The notes beneath the pieces were generated by a model. The model was not told where the DNA came from. It worked only from the letters and a program-made list of their open reading frames with translations, and did not search any database. Shown piece after piece: positions 41,527-52,051 of a stretch of DNA of 64,000 nt. Made by a program: the position numbers and the translations under genes. This DNA is from an uncultured delta proteobacterium (lineage in GTDB: Bacteria; Myxococcota; B64-G9), in NCBI GenBank assembly GCA_963754925.1, contig CAVWHX010000007.1:192001-256000 (forward strand), written 5' to 3'. Numbering within the stretch: the stretch's first letter is position 1; each line of letters begins with the position of its first letter.

Positions 41527-41763
41527 TGTTCTTCGCCAACAATAATCTTCATTGAAAACAAATCATTTTTCATAGCGCCTGCACTATCCTACTCCCCATT
41601 GAAATCTTGCCAGATATCTCCGCTCGCACCACTCTGTCGACATAACTTATTTCAGTCTTCAAGCTCATCTTTTCCAATATCCAGGATTGTGAGTTCACCA
41701 CGTTACGCTTAACGTGGTTTGGTTGAGTTGTTTTTTGTCTCGGAGTTGAGGAGGGGAAATGGC
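41527..41763 (+). repeat. A repeat copy 14 (full length, degenerate right end)
   Basis: TGTTCTTCGCCAA...CATTGAAATCTTGCCAGATA...GGTTGAGTTGTTTTTT. Confidence 0.88.
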
Positions 41764-41938
41764 TACTATTTTAAATGGCATTGCTAGAGATTGTAGCGAG
41801 CGAAGCGAAGCTGAGCGAGGCACATTAAAGATTGTTGCCAAGCGAAGCGAGGCTTACCATCTCTTATCCTTTGGGCAATCTCTTGTCCTTTAGAGCTAGT
41901 TTTATTAAAATTTTCGAAACGTTGTCAAAAGGTAAAAA

Positions 41939-44005
41939 TTATTTTGTCCTCACTAAGCGAAAGCCTATACTGAAGTATCCGTAGCCCGGGAAGTCGTTAT
42001 TCACGTAGCCAACCTGAAGGCTATCGGCGTCATCGTACCAACTTCCGCCGCGTAACACGCGGTAGGAACCGCTATCCCCTGTGTACCAGTCAAAGCACCA
42101 CTCCCACACATTGCCGCTCATGTCATATATTCCAAGGGCATTGGCGGTTTTACCTTCCACCGGTTGGGTTGTTGTTGTGTTACCAGTTACTTCGTCAGTA
42201 CTGTCCCCAAACCATGCGACAGTATTGTCGGCATTAAAATCAGTATAATCCGCTGTCGCTCCGCTGGCATAATTACCCGGCGTCCAACTCGCTCCGTCTT
42301 CATACCGCGCCGCGCACTCCCATTCCATACTCCCCGTCAGTTGGAAACCATTGGCATCAGAATTAATATAAGGATTGTCCTCATGACCTGCAGTAGTATC
42401 AATAGCGCCATTATCCACGCTGCGGATAGGAGTGGTATAACCTGCATCGGCATAATACACCGGTATAAGCCCCGCCAACTCGCTGGCGGCATTACACCAC
42501 ACCATGGCATCCCGCCAGTTGATCTCGGTTACGGGGTCTTGGTTTGTACCTACCGGATCAGTAAGAGTAACGTCATCGCCACCCTGCCTACCTGGATTGG
42601 CAAAGGTATAGCCGTGTGACGCAGCCCAGGTGTATATGGCACCCCATAACTCATAGGTCACCTCGGTCTCACCAATCCAGAATGCGCTTATCGTCTGGCT
42701 GCCCCCTTGATCATCAGTGCCGGTAGGGAACGTACCACCCGGTACATACTTCATGTTGAAACTGACACCTGCTATGGTAGGGGGGCAGCAGCCGCCGCCA
42801 TTCGCACAGGTCGTGATGGATAACTGAGTGCAGGCGGCCTGACATGTGTCTGCGCCTGTAAGCGTCGAGGTGGTGCAGGAGTCAGGAGGCGTGCAGCTCG
42901 TCGGGCACGCGCCTGCTTGACCCGCGGCGATCGCGGTGTCGCAGGTCTCACCAGAATCCACCACGCCGTTGCCGCAGCAAGGCACGATTGGAGCATTGAC
43001 GCATGCTGCCGTGCAGGTATCGCCGTTTTGAAGCGTCGAGGTAGTGCAGGAGTCGGGAGGCGTGCAGCTCGTCGGGCACGCGCCTGTCTGACCTGCGGCT
43101 ATTGCCGTGTCGCAGGTCTCACCAGAATCCACCACGCCGTTGCCGCAGCAAGGCACGATTGGAGCATTGACGCATGCTGCCGTGCAGGTACCGCCGTTTT
43201 GAAGCGTCGAGGTAGTGCAGGAGTCGGGAGGCGTGCAGCTCGTCGGGCACGCGCCTGTCTGACCTGCGGCTATTGCCGTGTCACAAGTCTCACCAGAATC
43301 CACCACGCCGTTGCCGCAGCAAGGCACGATTGGAGCATTGACGCATGCTGCCGTGCAGGTACCGCCGTTTTGAAGCGTCGAGGTAGTGCAGGAGTCGGGA
43401 GGCGTGCAACTCGTCGGGCACGCGCCTGTCTGACCTGCGGCTATTGCCGTATCACAAGTCTCACCAGAATCCACCACGCCGTTGCCGCAGAGGTAGTGGT
43501 TGGGGCAATCGCTGTCATTGGCATTGGTGCAGCCGGACGGGCAGCAGGCGTCGCCGCTTACGCAAGCTGTAATCGGCGTGTTCCCGCACGCTGCCGTGCA
43601 GGTGCCGGCGTTCATTAGCGTCGATGGGTTACAGGGGTCAGTGGAGATCGGACAGCTTGTCGGGCACGCGCCTGTCTGACCCGCGGCTATTGCCGTGTCG
43701 CAGGTCTCACCGGCATTCACTACGCCGTTGCCGCAACAAAGCACGATTGGCGTGTTCACACATTGGGCCGTGCAGGTACCGCCGTTTTGAAGCGCCGAGG
43801 TGGTGCAGGAGTCGGGAGGCGTGCAGCTCGTCGGGCACGCGCCCACTTGACCTGCGGCGATTGCGGTGTCGCAGGTTTCAGCAGAATCCACCACGCCGTT
43901 GCCGCAGTTATTAGAACTACTGCTGCTTGAACCACATGCAGAAACAAGCGGCAGACTTATCAGTCCCAAAGCGATCATAGAACCAATGGTTAGTCCTTTA
44001 ATCAT
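41939..44005 (-). CDS. lipoprotein with Cys-rich repeats and C-terminal FGE-sulfatase/SUMF1 (CLec-fold) domain
   Basis: Six CGNGVV...CPTSC units; ETEVT, EWECAAR, YDMSGNVWEW, RGGSW...GFRL. Confidence 0.88.
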   Translation of the reverse strand: MIKGLTIGSMIALGLISLPLVSACGSSSSSSNNCGNGVVDSAETCDTAIAAGQVGACPTSCTPPDSCTTSALQNGGTCTAQCVNTPIVLCCGNGVVNAGETCDTAIAAGQTGACPTSCPISTDPCNPSTLMNAGTCTAACGNTPITACVSGDACCPSGCTNANDSDCPNHYLCGNGVVDSGETCDTAIAAGQTGACPTSCTPPDSCTTSTLQNGGTCTAACVNAPIVPCCGNGVVDSGETCDTAIAAGQTGACPTSCTPPDSCTTSTLQNGGTCTAACVNAPIVPCCGNGVVDSGETCDTAIAAGQTGACPTSCTPPDSCTTSTLQNGDTCTAACVNAPIVPCCGNGVVDSGETCDTAIAAGQAGACPTSCTPPDSCTTSTLTGADTCQAACTQLSITTCANGGGCCPPTIAGVSFNMKYVPGGTFPTGTDDQGGSQTISAFWIGETEVTYELWGAIYTWAASHGYTFANPGRQGGDDVTLTDPVGTNQDPVTEINWRDAMVWCNAASELAGLIPVYYADAGYTTPIRSVDNGAIDTTAGHEDNPYINSDANGFQLTGSMEWECAARYEDGASWTPGNYASGATADYTDFNADNTVAWFGDSTDEVTGNTTTTQPVEGKTANALGIYDMSGNVWEWCFDWYTGDSGSYRVLRGGSWYDDADSLQVGYVNNDFPGYGYFSIGFRLVRTK
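42870..43490 (-). repeat. intragenic 171-bp tandem repeat (about 3.6 near-identical units)
   Basis: CCAGAATCCACCACGCCG recurs at 42951, 43122, 43293 and 43464. Confidence 0.9.
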
Positions 44006-44227
44006 GAAATTCCTCCACTACTGTCTCAACGTTGTTGTCGGACAGAGTAGTATAACCAGCTTAATCCAAAAGAGAATTGCAGTAACATGGTTTTATAGTA
44101 TTATTATACTTGCACCCTAGCAAAAACAAGAATGTATAGCTCAGCTTAATCCGTCCTGTACTTCTCAGTGAAAACCCTTCTCATCGGTAAAAGTCGGACA
44201 CAACACCAAAGAGAATTGGCTCTATTA

Positions 44228-44288
44228 TTTTTGCTTGACTTAGTTGGACATCAAATTTTTTCTCTTGTATTCGTTTTGACGAGAGGCA
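44228..44288 (+). repeat. A repeat copy 15 (degenerate right end)
   Basis: TTGACTT...TTTTTCTCTTGTATTCGTTTTGACGAGAGGCA resembles the end of copy 1. Confidence 0.5.
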
Positions 44289-44335
44289 GTACCAGATACT
44301 TGACGAGATCCGCTGATTCAAGATCAACCACGCGT

Positions 44336-47300
44336 TCATTGGCAGTAATTGATCAGCACACTGATGTTGGCAGCGCCGTCGTTGGCGACGACGATGTCCG
44401 GCCTGCCATCGGCGTTGACGTCGCCCACGGCGAGGTACATCGGCTTTGAGCCAACTGGGTAGGTGACTTGGGCCTGGAATGTCCCATCCCCATTGCCGTT
44501 AAGGATACCCACGGTGTTGCTGCCCTCGTTGGCAACCGCGATGTCGGGTTTCCCATCCATGTTAAAGTCGGCAATTGCCACGGTCTGCGGGTTTGTCCCC
44601 ACCGGGGTGGTAGTCTGGGCCTTGAACGTGCCGTCGCCGTTGCCTAACAGAACCCCGACGTTGTTACTGCCATAGTTCGCGACGATGAGGTCCAGAATCC
44701 CATCGTGGTTCATATCGGCGATGGCTACCGAGTACGGCTGAGCACCAACGGTGTAGTTATTTGCCGCCGCAAACGCACCACCACCGGTCCCGAGGAGCAC
44801 GCTAACGGTCCCAGCAGTGATGTTGGTCACGACGATGTCTGGCTTCCCGTCGGAGTTGAGGTCTGCGGTGGCGAGACCCCACGATCCCGCGCCGCTAGCG
44901 TAAGCAATGGGACTCCCAAACGTGCCGTCGCCGTTGCCAAGCAGGACGTCGACCTGTCCGCTATTGACGTCGGGTCACCGCAAGATCGAGCTTGCCGTCA
45001 CGATTGAAATCTGCGGTGAAGATGAGTGAGGGGTTGGCGCCGGCCGCGAAGTCGGTGCTGGCACCCAGGCCCGTGCCCGTGTTCATGAGGATAGCTGCAT
45101 ATGCGGTCGCGGCCGCGACGTCGAGCTTGCCGTCATTGCTGAAGTCGCCCAGGGCGATACCGGAGGGGTAGCCGCCGGATCCGGTCGGATAGGAAGTCGG
45201 CGCCCCGAAGGTCCCATCGCCTGCGCCCAATAACGTCTGAATCTTGTCCGCGTTGCCATAGCCCACGACAACGTCGAGCTTGCCGCGCCCATACAGATCA
45301 CCCAGGACCAGAGCATCGACACCCGAGCCGGTGGCGTAGGTCACCTGGGGCTTGAAAAAACCATTGCAGGGTGGATTGCATGTACTCGCCACACACACCA
45401 TCGAGGATCCACAGACTAGCCCGCAGCCTCCGCAGTTGCTCGAATCGCTAGCGGTGTTAGTGCAGGCTCCCGAACAGAACGTCTGGCCAGCAGGGCAGAC
45501 ACACGAACCACCCGAGCAAACCTGGCCTGAGGGGCAAACCGTGCCGCAACCGCCGCAGTTCTGGTTGTCGGTGTTTGTGTTAGTGCATATGCCGCCGCAG
45601 TAACTCTCACTCGAGAGACAGCTGACGCTACACGTGCCACCCGAGCAGACCTGGCCCGAGGGGCAAACGGTGCCGCAGGCGCCGCAGTTATAAATATCGG
45701 TAAGAGGATTCGCGCAGGCATCTCCACAGACGGTCTGGCCTGCCGGACAGGTAGCGGAGCAGGTTCCGTTAACGCAGAGCCGCCCAGAGCTGCAAACATT
45801 CCCGCAGGTTCCGCAGTTGAGGGGGTCATGGTCAAGACTGGCGCAGAAGGGGCTAGTGCCGCTATTGCAAATCGTCGTGCCACCGCCGCAGCTCGTCTGG
45901 CAACTCCCGCTCGAGCAGACCGTGCCCGAGGGGCAGACGGTGCCGCAGGCGCCGCAGTTAACGTTGTCAGTGGCTAGGGAGCTGCAAACCCCGCTGCAGA
46001 GCTGCTCGCCGCTGCTACAGGTGATCGCGCAATGGCCGAGGCTGCACAGCTCGCCGGCCGGACAGACGGCGCCACAGGCGCCGCAGTTTGCAGGGTCATT
46101 CTCAAGGTTCGCGCAGACGGCTGTGGACCCTGTACCGCATACCGTGTAGCCGGCGCCGCAGCTGGCCGCACAGCCGCCGTTCGAGCAAAGCATCCCTGCC
46201 GCGCAGACGTGGCCGCAACCATCGCAGTTATAAATATCGGTAAGAGGATTCGCGCAGGCACCTCCACAGACGGTCTGGCCTGCCGGACAGGTAGCGGAGC
46301 AGGTTCCGTTAACGCAGAGCCGCCCAGAGCTGCAAACATTCCCGCAGGTTCCGCAGTTGAGGGGGTCATGGTCAAGACTGGCGCAGAAGGGGCTAGTGCC
46401 GCTATTGCAAATCGTCGTGCCACCGCCGCAGCTCGTCTGGCAACTCCCGCTCGAGCAGACCGTGCCCGAGGGGCAGACGGTGCCGCAGGCGCCGCAGTTA
46501 ACGTTGTCAGTGGCTAGGGAGCTGCAAACCCCGCTGCAGAGCTGCTCGCCGCTGCTACAGGTGATCGCGCAATGGCCGAGGCTGCACAGCTCGCCGGCCG
46601 GACAGACGGCGCCACAGGCGCCGCAGTTTGCAGGGTCATTCTCAAGGTTCGCGCAGACGGCCGTGGACCCTGTACCGCATACCGTGTAGTCGGCGCCACA
46701 GCTGGCCGCACAGCCGCCCGCCGAGCATAGGCTTCCGCTCGGGCAGACGGTACCGCACACTCCACAGTTGTTAAGATCGTCGAGCAGGCTGGTACAGATG
46801 GAGCCGCTCGACCCGCTCGTGCAAAGCGTCTGCGATGGAAAGCAGGTTGCGGCGCATTGACCACTTTGGCAGCTCTCACCTGCTGGGCACTGGACGCCGC
46901 AGGCGCCGCAGTTCTGGTTGTCGCTGACGGGCACGACGCAGAGCGTGCCGTTGTCGCACAACAGGGTCCCGCTGCTGCAACTCGTCGCGCAGGTTCCTGC
47001 CGAGCAAACCTGGCCGGCTGGGCATGTCGTGCCACAGCCGCCGCAATTCTGGTTGTCAGACAGCGGGTTCACGCAGGCCCCACCGCACAGGTCCGAGTCG
47101 ACCGGACAAACAATCGCGCAGGTTCCGGAGAGGCAACTGTTTCCGACATCGCAGGCGTGACCGCAGGCGCCGCAATTTGCCGGATCGCTGGCGGTCTTCG
47201 TACAGTAAGCATTTGCCCCGGTGCCGCACAGCTGGTAGCCCGTGTTGCAGCCCACGCCGCACAGCCCGAGCGAGCAGACCTGGCCCGAAGGGCAGGCTAT

Positions 47301-48014
47301 GCCGCAGGCGCCGCAGTTCTGGTTGTCGGTCGAGGTATCTGTACAAACGGTACCGCAATAGAGCTTGCCGGTCGCGCAGGCAGAGACGCAGGTCGAATTA
47401 CTACAGACCATGCCTGTGCCGCAGGTCGTGCCGCAGGCGCCGCAGTTCGAAGGATCGGCCGCGAGATCCACGCAGCCTCCTGAGCAAACCGAGAGGGGGC
47501 TCGCACAGGTGGTTTGGCACGTGCCGTTCGAGCAGACCTGGCCGGACGGGCACGAAATACCGCAGCTGCCGCAGTTCTGGTTGTCCGAGGCGGTGGCAAC
47601 GCAGCCTCCGTTGCATAGCGCACGGCCCGTGGCACAGGAGCCGCTGCACGTGCCCGCCTGGCAGGCGGTGCCGCCAGCACAGCTCTTGCCGCAGCCGCCA
47701 CAATTCTGGTTGTCAGATTTGGTGTCCACGCAATAGTTTCCGCACAGGAGCGAACCATTCGGGCAGACTGTGGTGCATATACCTGCGACACAGGCCTGGC
47801 CGGCTGCGCAGGTGATTCCACAGGCGCCGCAGTTGAATGGATCAGTGCTCAGAGTGGCGCACCGGTCGCTGCACATGGCCTGGGTTTTCGGACAGTTGAC
47901 TTGGGTTGAGGTCGTTACCTTGCTGCCGCAGCCGACCACAAGCGCACCGAAAACGAGCAGTCCCGTAAACATGGTGCGCACCGTCATTCTACCAAGTCTG
48001 TTTACGCTGGTCAT
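44336..48014 (-). CDS. large Cys-rich lipoprotein (myxobacterial D-x-x-NCG-x-CG repeats) with C-terminal FG-GAP/VCBS propeller; frameshift near 44975
   Basis: About 20 NCG.CG..C repeats, then ADFNRDGKLD-type repeats continuing in ORF 44336..44830. Confidence 0.82.
45684..46718 (-). repeat. intragenic duplication with 540-bp period
   Basis: 45684-46178 is almost identical to 46224-46718; the ORF track shows identical 110-aa shadow ORFs at 45817 and 46357. Confidence 0.9.
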
Positions 48015-48385
48015 ATCTGAATCCCCTTCTTCTGATTAGGGTCTAGACGCCTCAGAGTAATGATGATGGTCTGCAAGGAGCATGAATTAGGCTAGTGATA
48101 CGTGGTCCGATAGAATTAAGCAACGAGTCCTGCCACTGCCATTGACAGTTGCGGCTTCAATGATATTACTTTACCAGAAACTCTGCTCTTCGTCAAATCT
48201 CTTACATACTGAAAATGCATCGTTTTGTGGTTTTAAACAATTTCTTTTATAAAGCTGAGTTAAAAAAAGTGGCTCCCGGATCATTGGTTTTCATGTTGTC
48301 ATTTTTCCCTGATTTGTTTCGTTTTTCTCGATTTTGCTACAGGAAATTATATCACAACTGCTTGATTCTCAGGTGTTTCTGGTAT

Positions 48386-48438
48386 ATTCAGGGTCTCTTG
48401 GGTGCAAACCTGTGCAGGTTCGAGTCCTGTCTTCGGCA
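48386..48438 (+). repeat. second tRNA-Leu 3' half duplicate (attR-like, diverged)
   Basis: ATTCAGGGTCTCTTGGGTGCAAACCTGTGCAGGTTCGAGTCCTGTCTTCGGCA; three mismatches to 13314-13366. Confidence 0.88.
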
Positions 48439-48470
48439 TTGAGTTTGTTTGGCTACCTATGAGTCCCGGA

Positions 48471-49925
48471 CTACACGTACGGTGTCAGCAATCGCGCAAT
48501 GCCGTCGCGCAGGCGAGCGGGCAGTGAGCGGCCATCGATCTCCTCCAGCGTCACAGGACGGGCGCCGCTCCGTTTCGTCTCGACCCAGGTATCAAGCCGC
48601 TGCGCAAGTTCAACGTCGTAACATTCCACGTTGAACTCGAAGTTGAGGCGCAAGCTCCGGGGATCCCAATTGGCCGATCCCAGCAGCACCCAGCAGCCAT
48701 CCACCAGCATGAGTTTGGAGTGATCGAATGGAGGCGGGGTCAGCCATATCCGGCATCCATGCTGGAGCACTTGCCACCACATCGCCCGGGAGGCCCACAT
48801 GACGAAGGGCAGATTGTTCCGTTCGGGCAAAATGATATCAACCTGCACACCCCGCATTGCTGCCAGACTCAGGGCGGAGACCATGGCTGGGTCGGGCAGA
48901 AAATAGGGAGTTACGATCCGAACTGAATGCCGGGCAATCGACAGTGCTCCCAGAAGCGTCCAAAGAAGTTTCTCGAAATTCTCATCCGGGCCATCCACCA
49001 CCCCCCGCGCCAACACCTGCCCTGCGCTTTCGGTTTTAGGAAACCACGAATCACCGCGCAACGATTCGCCGGTCGTGAAAAGCCAATCATCGGCGAATAC
49101 TTCTTGCAGCTGGGTCACCACCGGGCCCTTCACTCGGAAATGGATGTCCTGCACCGGGTTTTTCGTTTGGCGCTGAAGGCAGTGTCCCACTCGAATATTC
49201 ACGCCACCGGTAAATCCCACGCGCCCATCCGCCACCAGTATCTTCCGATGTATGCGCATGTTGATTGACATCGCATGCCAAGGCGGGAGAAACCGTGCAT
49301 GCTTCACTCTCTCCCGTTGCAGCGTGTGAAGAATACTGGGCCAGGAATACCGAACCCCCGTCGCGTCAATCAGCACCCGCACTTCAACGCCCCGGCGCAC
49401 GGCCTCACCAAGCGCATGCGCAAAGCCCATCCCAACTTCGTCTCGATCGAAGATATAGGTCACGAAAGAGACTGTCTGGCGCGCATTTTGGATCGCCTCC
49501 AGCATAGCCGGATAGGCTTCATCTCCGTTCACCAACGGATCGATCCGATTGCCCAGCAGCAGGGGTCGCTCCACCACACCCCCAACGACCCGAGCCAGCA
49601 TCTTGAGATACCCTCCGTGATCCGGCAGATGGCGCTGTAACTCTTCCGGCAGACATTCGGGTTGCGCGGCTTCTGCCCGGTACCGCTCCAGGTTTTTTCG
49701 CAGCAGAGCGGCCTTATGGCGAATACGATTCACTCCAAAGATGAAGTACATGACAGCCCCGATTACGGGCACGAGCCAAACTAAACCCACCCACGCGATG
49801 GCGGCGCGCGAATCGCGCTTGTTGAGAACCACGTGTCCAGTTACCAACACAGAGAGAAGCAACCCAAGTCCGATGGCAGCGATATGCCAGAAGTCGTGCA
49901 CTAGATTAGCGACGGTCGCCGTCAT
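48471..49925 (-). CDS. cls: cardiolipin synthase
   Basis: N-terminal TM hairpin; two HKD motifs (HRKILVAD, HSKLMLVD); GSANWD.RS. Confidence 0.92.
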   Translation of the reverse strand: MTATVANLVHDFWHIAAIGLGLLLSVLVTGHVVLNKRDSRAAIAWVGLVWLVPVIGAVMYFIFGVNRIRHKAALLRKNLERYRAEAAQPECLPEELQRHLPDHGGYLKMLARVVGGVVERPLLLGNRIDPLVNGDEAYPAMLEAIQNARQTVSFVTYIFDRDEVGMGFAHALGEAVRRGVEVRVLIDATGVRYSWPSILHTLQRERVKHARFLPPWHAMSINMRIHRKILVADGRVGFTGGVNIRVGHCLQRQTKNPVQDIHFRVKGPVVTQLQEVFADDWLFTTGESLRGDSWFPKTESAGQVLARGVVDGPDENFEKLLWTLLGALSIARHSVRIVTPYFLPDPAMVSALSLAAMRGVQVDIILPERNNLPFVMWASRAMWWQVLQHGCRIWLTPPPFDHSKLMLVDGCWVLLGSANWDPRSLRLNFEFNVECYDVELAQRLDTWVETKRSGARPVTLEEIDGRSLPARLRDGIARLLTPYV

Positions 49926-49965
49926 TGCGGTCTCTCCCTGAGATCAGTCCTCTTCGTCTTCATGG

Positions 49966-50203
49966 CACTTTTACTCAAAACTTGTCCATATAAAATATAG
50001 AGCATTTTTTCATGTCACCTGCACTACCTAACTCCACATTGAAATCTCGCCAGAAGTTTAACTCGCACCCCTATATCGCCATTACCTATTCAGTCTTCAA
50101 GCTCATCCTTTCCAACATACATGATTGTGAGTTGACCAATTTATACGCTTGTCGTGGTTTGGTTGAGTTGTTTTTTCTCTCGGAGTTGAATTGGGGAGGG
50201 TCA
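49966..50203 (+). repeat. A repeat copy 17 (full length, eroded left end)
   Basis: CAAAACTTGTCCATAT...CATGTCACCTGCACTACC...TTGGGGAGGGTCA. Confidence 0.88.
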
Positions 50204-50238
50204 GGTTCTAATTCCTCAGGCTACATTTGCAAGAAGCT

Positions 50239-50760
50239 CTACTTAGAGAAATATTTTCTTGTTTGTTGTCGATCGATTTCCTGGGGATTATATGAGGCTA
50301 AGATAGGTTGACACGCCTCGCCCACAAGTCGGACGCTGTGGTTGCCTAAGAAAGATACCTGGATGGTCTTGCAGTCACTTATGTATGTCACTTCCTCTGA
50401 ACGCATCTGAAAAAAGGCCGCCAATTCCTCTGCTTTGGCAGAGCTAGAATATTTTCGGCGCTCCTTTCCACTAAATCGTAGAAAATTGTAACGATTCCAA
50501 GCAAAAAACACTAAAAAGATTCCAAGAATAACGCTTCCATGGATTGCAAATAGCTGAAGGTTTTTAATACCTTCTAATTGGATCATCTGAACATATACAA
50601 GCTGTACACTAAACGCCCAAACAACCGTCAGTACCAGCGGGCGCAGTAAAAAGATCCAAAGCATCCACCCGCCGATCATGATCCCCGCTTCTGAAACTCG
50701 ACGTGTGGCAGAAAGCAAATTGGGTCGGTCAACAATGATACCGTTATCAAATTGCTCCAT
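50239..50760 (-). CDS. pgaD: PNAG biosynthesis protein PgaD
   Basis: Two TM segments, W..YN..RF.GKERR motif, position after pgaC. Confidence 0.82.
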   Translation of the reverse strand: MEQFDNGIIVDRPNLLSATRRVSEAGIMIGGWMLWIFLLRPLVLTVVWAFSVQLVYVQMIQLEGIKNLQLFAIHGSVILGIFLVFFAWNRYNFLRFSGKERRKYSSSAKAEELAAFFQMRSEEVTYISDCKTIQVSFLGNHSVRLVGEACQPILASYNPQEIDRQQTRKYFSK

Positions 50761-50827
50761 TACTATCTCCTAGTAATTTTACGCCTGCCCCGAAAGGAGG
50801 GTTGATCAAGTGTTTTCTTGAACGTAT

Positions 50828-52051
50828 TTATAATCCTCTATCCGGGCTTTCCCATATCGCCAAGGCCGACCTCTTTTTGAAAATTGCCTTGGGAAGAGAA
50901 ATGATGGTTACAAGCCAATTTATCAACCAATAGATAGCTGGAAACCAGATGACCCAAACGATTAGACCTCGCAAGGTTTTATCGTATTGGGCATCAAGCC
51001 AAATTCCTACGCATAATTGCAATAAACATACACTAGCAAGGATTACACCGGTCCAGCCAGGCGTGATCGACCTGACGACATACGGAGGCGGAAGTTCAAC
51101 GAACAAATTAGTTAACCACAATGCCAAGGTTATCGAGAAGCAATAACACCATACCACGCTCGTAAGGTATTCAAGATACAATGGCCAGATTCTACGCTGT
51201 CGCCAATTGAAAACACATCTATAGTATTTCAGCAGCACTTCATTACCGCCCTGCGACCACCTCAAGCGCTGTCGGAAAATTCCCTTGAGCGTCTCGGGCA
51301 CCAATATCCAGCATAAGGCTCTGGGCTCGTATCGGACATCCCATCTTCGCAATTGTAGCTTCCAGCTAATATCAATATCCTCCGTGACCATGTTATTAGA
51401 CCAAAAACCAACATCGAGCAGGGCCTTTTTACGAAAAGCCGCAATCACCCCGGAGACGGTGAAGATCTTTCCCAGAACGCGTTGGGAGCGCTTGATCATG
51501 CCGATTATAGAGGAGAATTCGGTAGTTTGGATCTTTGCCAATATACTGGTTCGGTTGCGTACTTTCGGGTTTCCGGTTACGGCACCAACCCGAGGATGTT
51601 GAAAGTGCCACATCAGCCAAACGATAGCATTTGGGTCCAAAATGGCATCGGCATCAATGCAGACGAGGAATTCCCCTCGACTGGCGAGAGCTCCCATATT
51701 CAATCCGGTTCCCTTGCCTTGATTGCTGGAAAGCGTGATCACCCGCAACTGCGAGTTCTGTTGTTGCAATTTCTGAAGAATTCGAGCGGTGTTGTCCGTG
51801 CTCGCATCGTTTATTGCAATGATCTCATAATTCGGATACTGTTGCCACCTAAGTCGTGTGATGGTTTCCTCAATGCAATCTTCCTCGTTATGACAGGGGA
51901 TAATGATTGAAACCAATGGATACTCTGGTAACTCTGGTCGGGATTCCTGACGGCTTTTTCTAAAAGTCTTAAAAATTATCGATCCAAAGATCCACACAAA
52001 CGCCATAAGCAACGGGTATAAAAAAACAAAATCATATACAAGCGTCATCAT
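50828..52051 (-). CDS. pgaC: poly-beta-1,6-N-acetylglucosamine synthase PgaC
   Basis: GT2 motifs DAD, TEDID and QRLRW; C-terminal WESPDRG. Confidence 0.93.
   Translation of the reverse strand: MMTLVYDFVFLYPLLMAFVWIFGSIIFKTFRKSRQESRPELPEYPLVSIIIPCHNEEDCIEETITRLRWQQYPNYEIIAINDASTDNTARILQKLQQQNSQLRVITLSSNQGKGTGLNMGALASRGEFLVCIDADAILDPNAIVWLMWHFQHPRVGAVTGNPKVRNRTSILAKIQTTEFSSIIGMIKRSQRVLGKIFTVSGVIAAFRKKALLDVGFWSNNMVTEDIDISWKLQLRRWDVRYEPRALCWILVPETLKGIFRQRLRWSQGGNEVLLKYYRCVFNWRQRRIWPLYLEYLTSVVWCYCFSITLALWLTNLFVELPPPYVVRSITPGWTGVILASVCLLQLCVGIWLDAQYDKTLRGLIVWVIWFPAIYWLINWLVTIISLPKAIFKKRSALAIWESPDRGL

Noticed and set aside
48184..48345. Further A copy (16) before the second att
   Set aside because: Only a weak left-end resemblance (TGCTCTTCGTCAAATCTC...TACTGAAAA); too degenerate to list as a feature.
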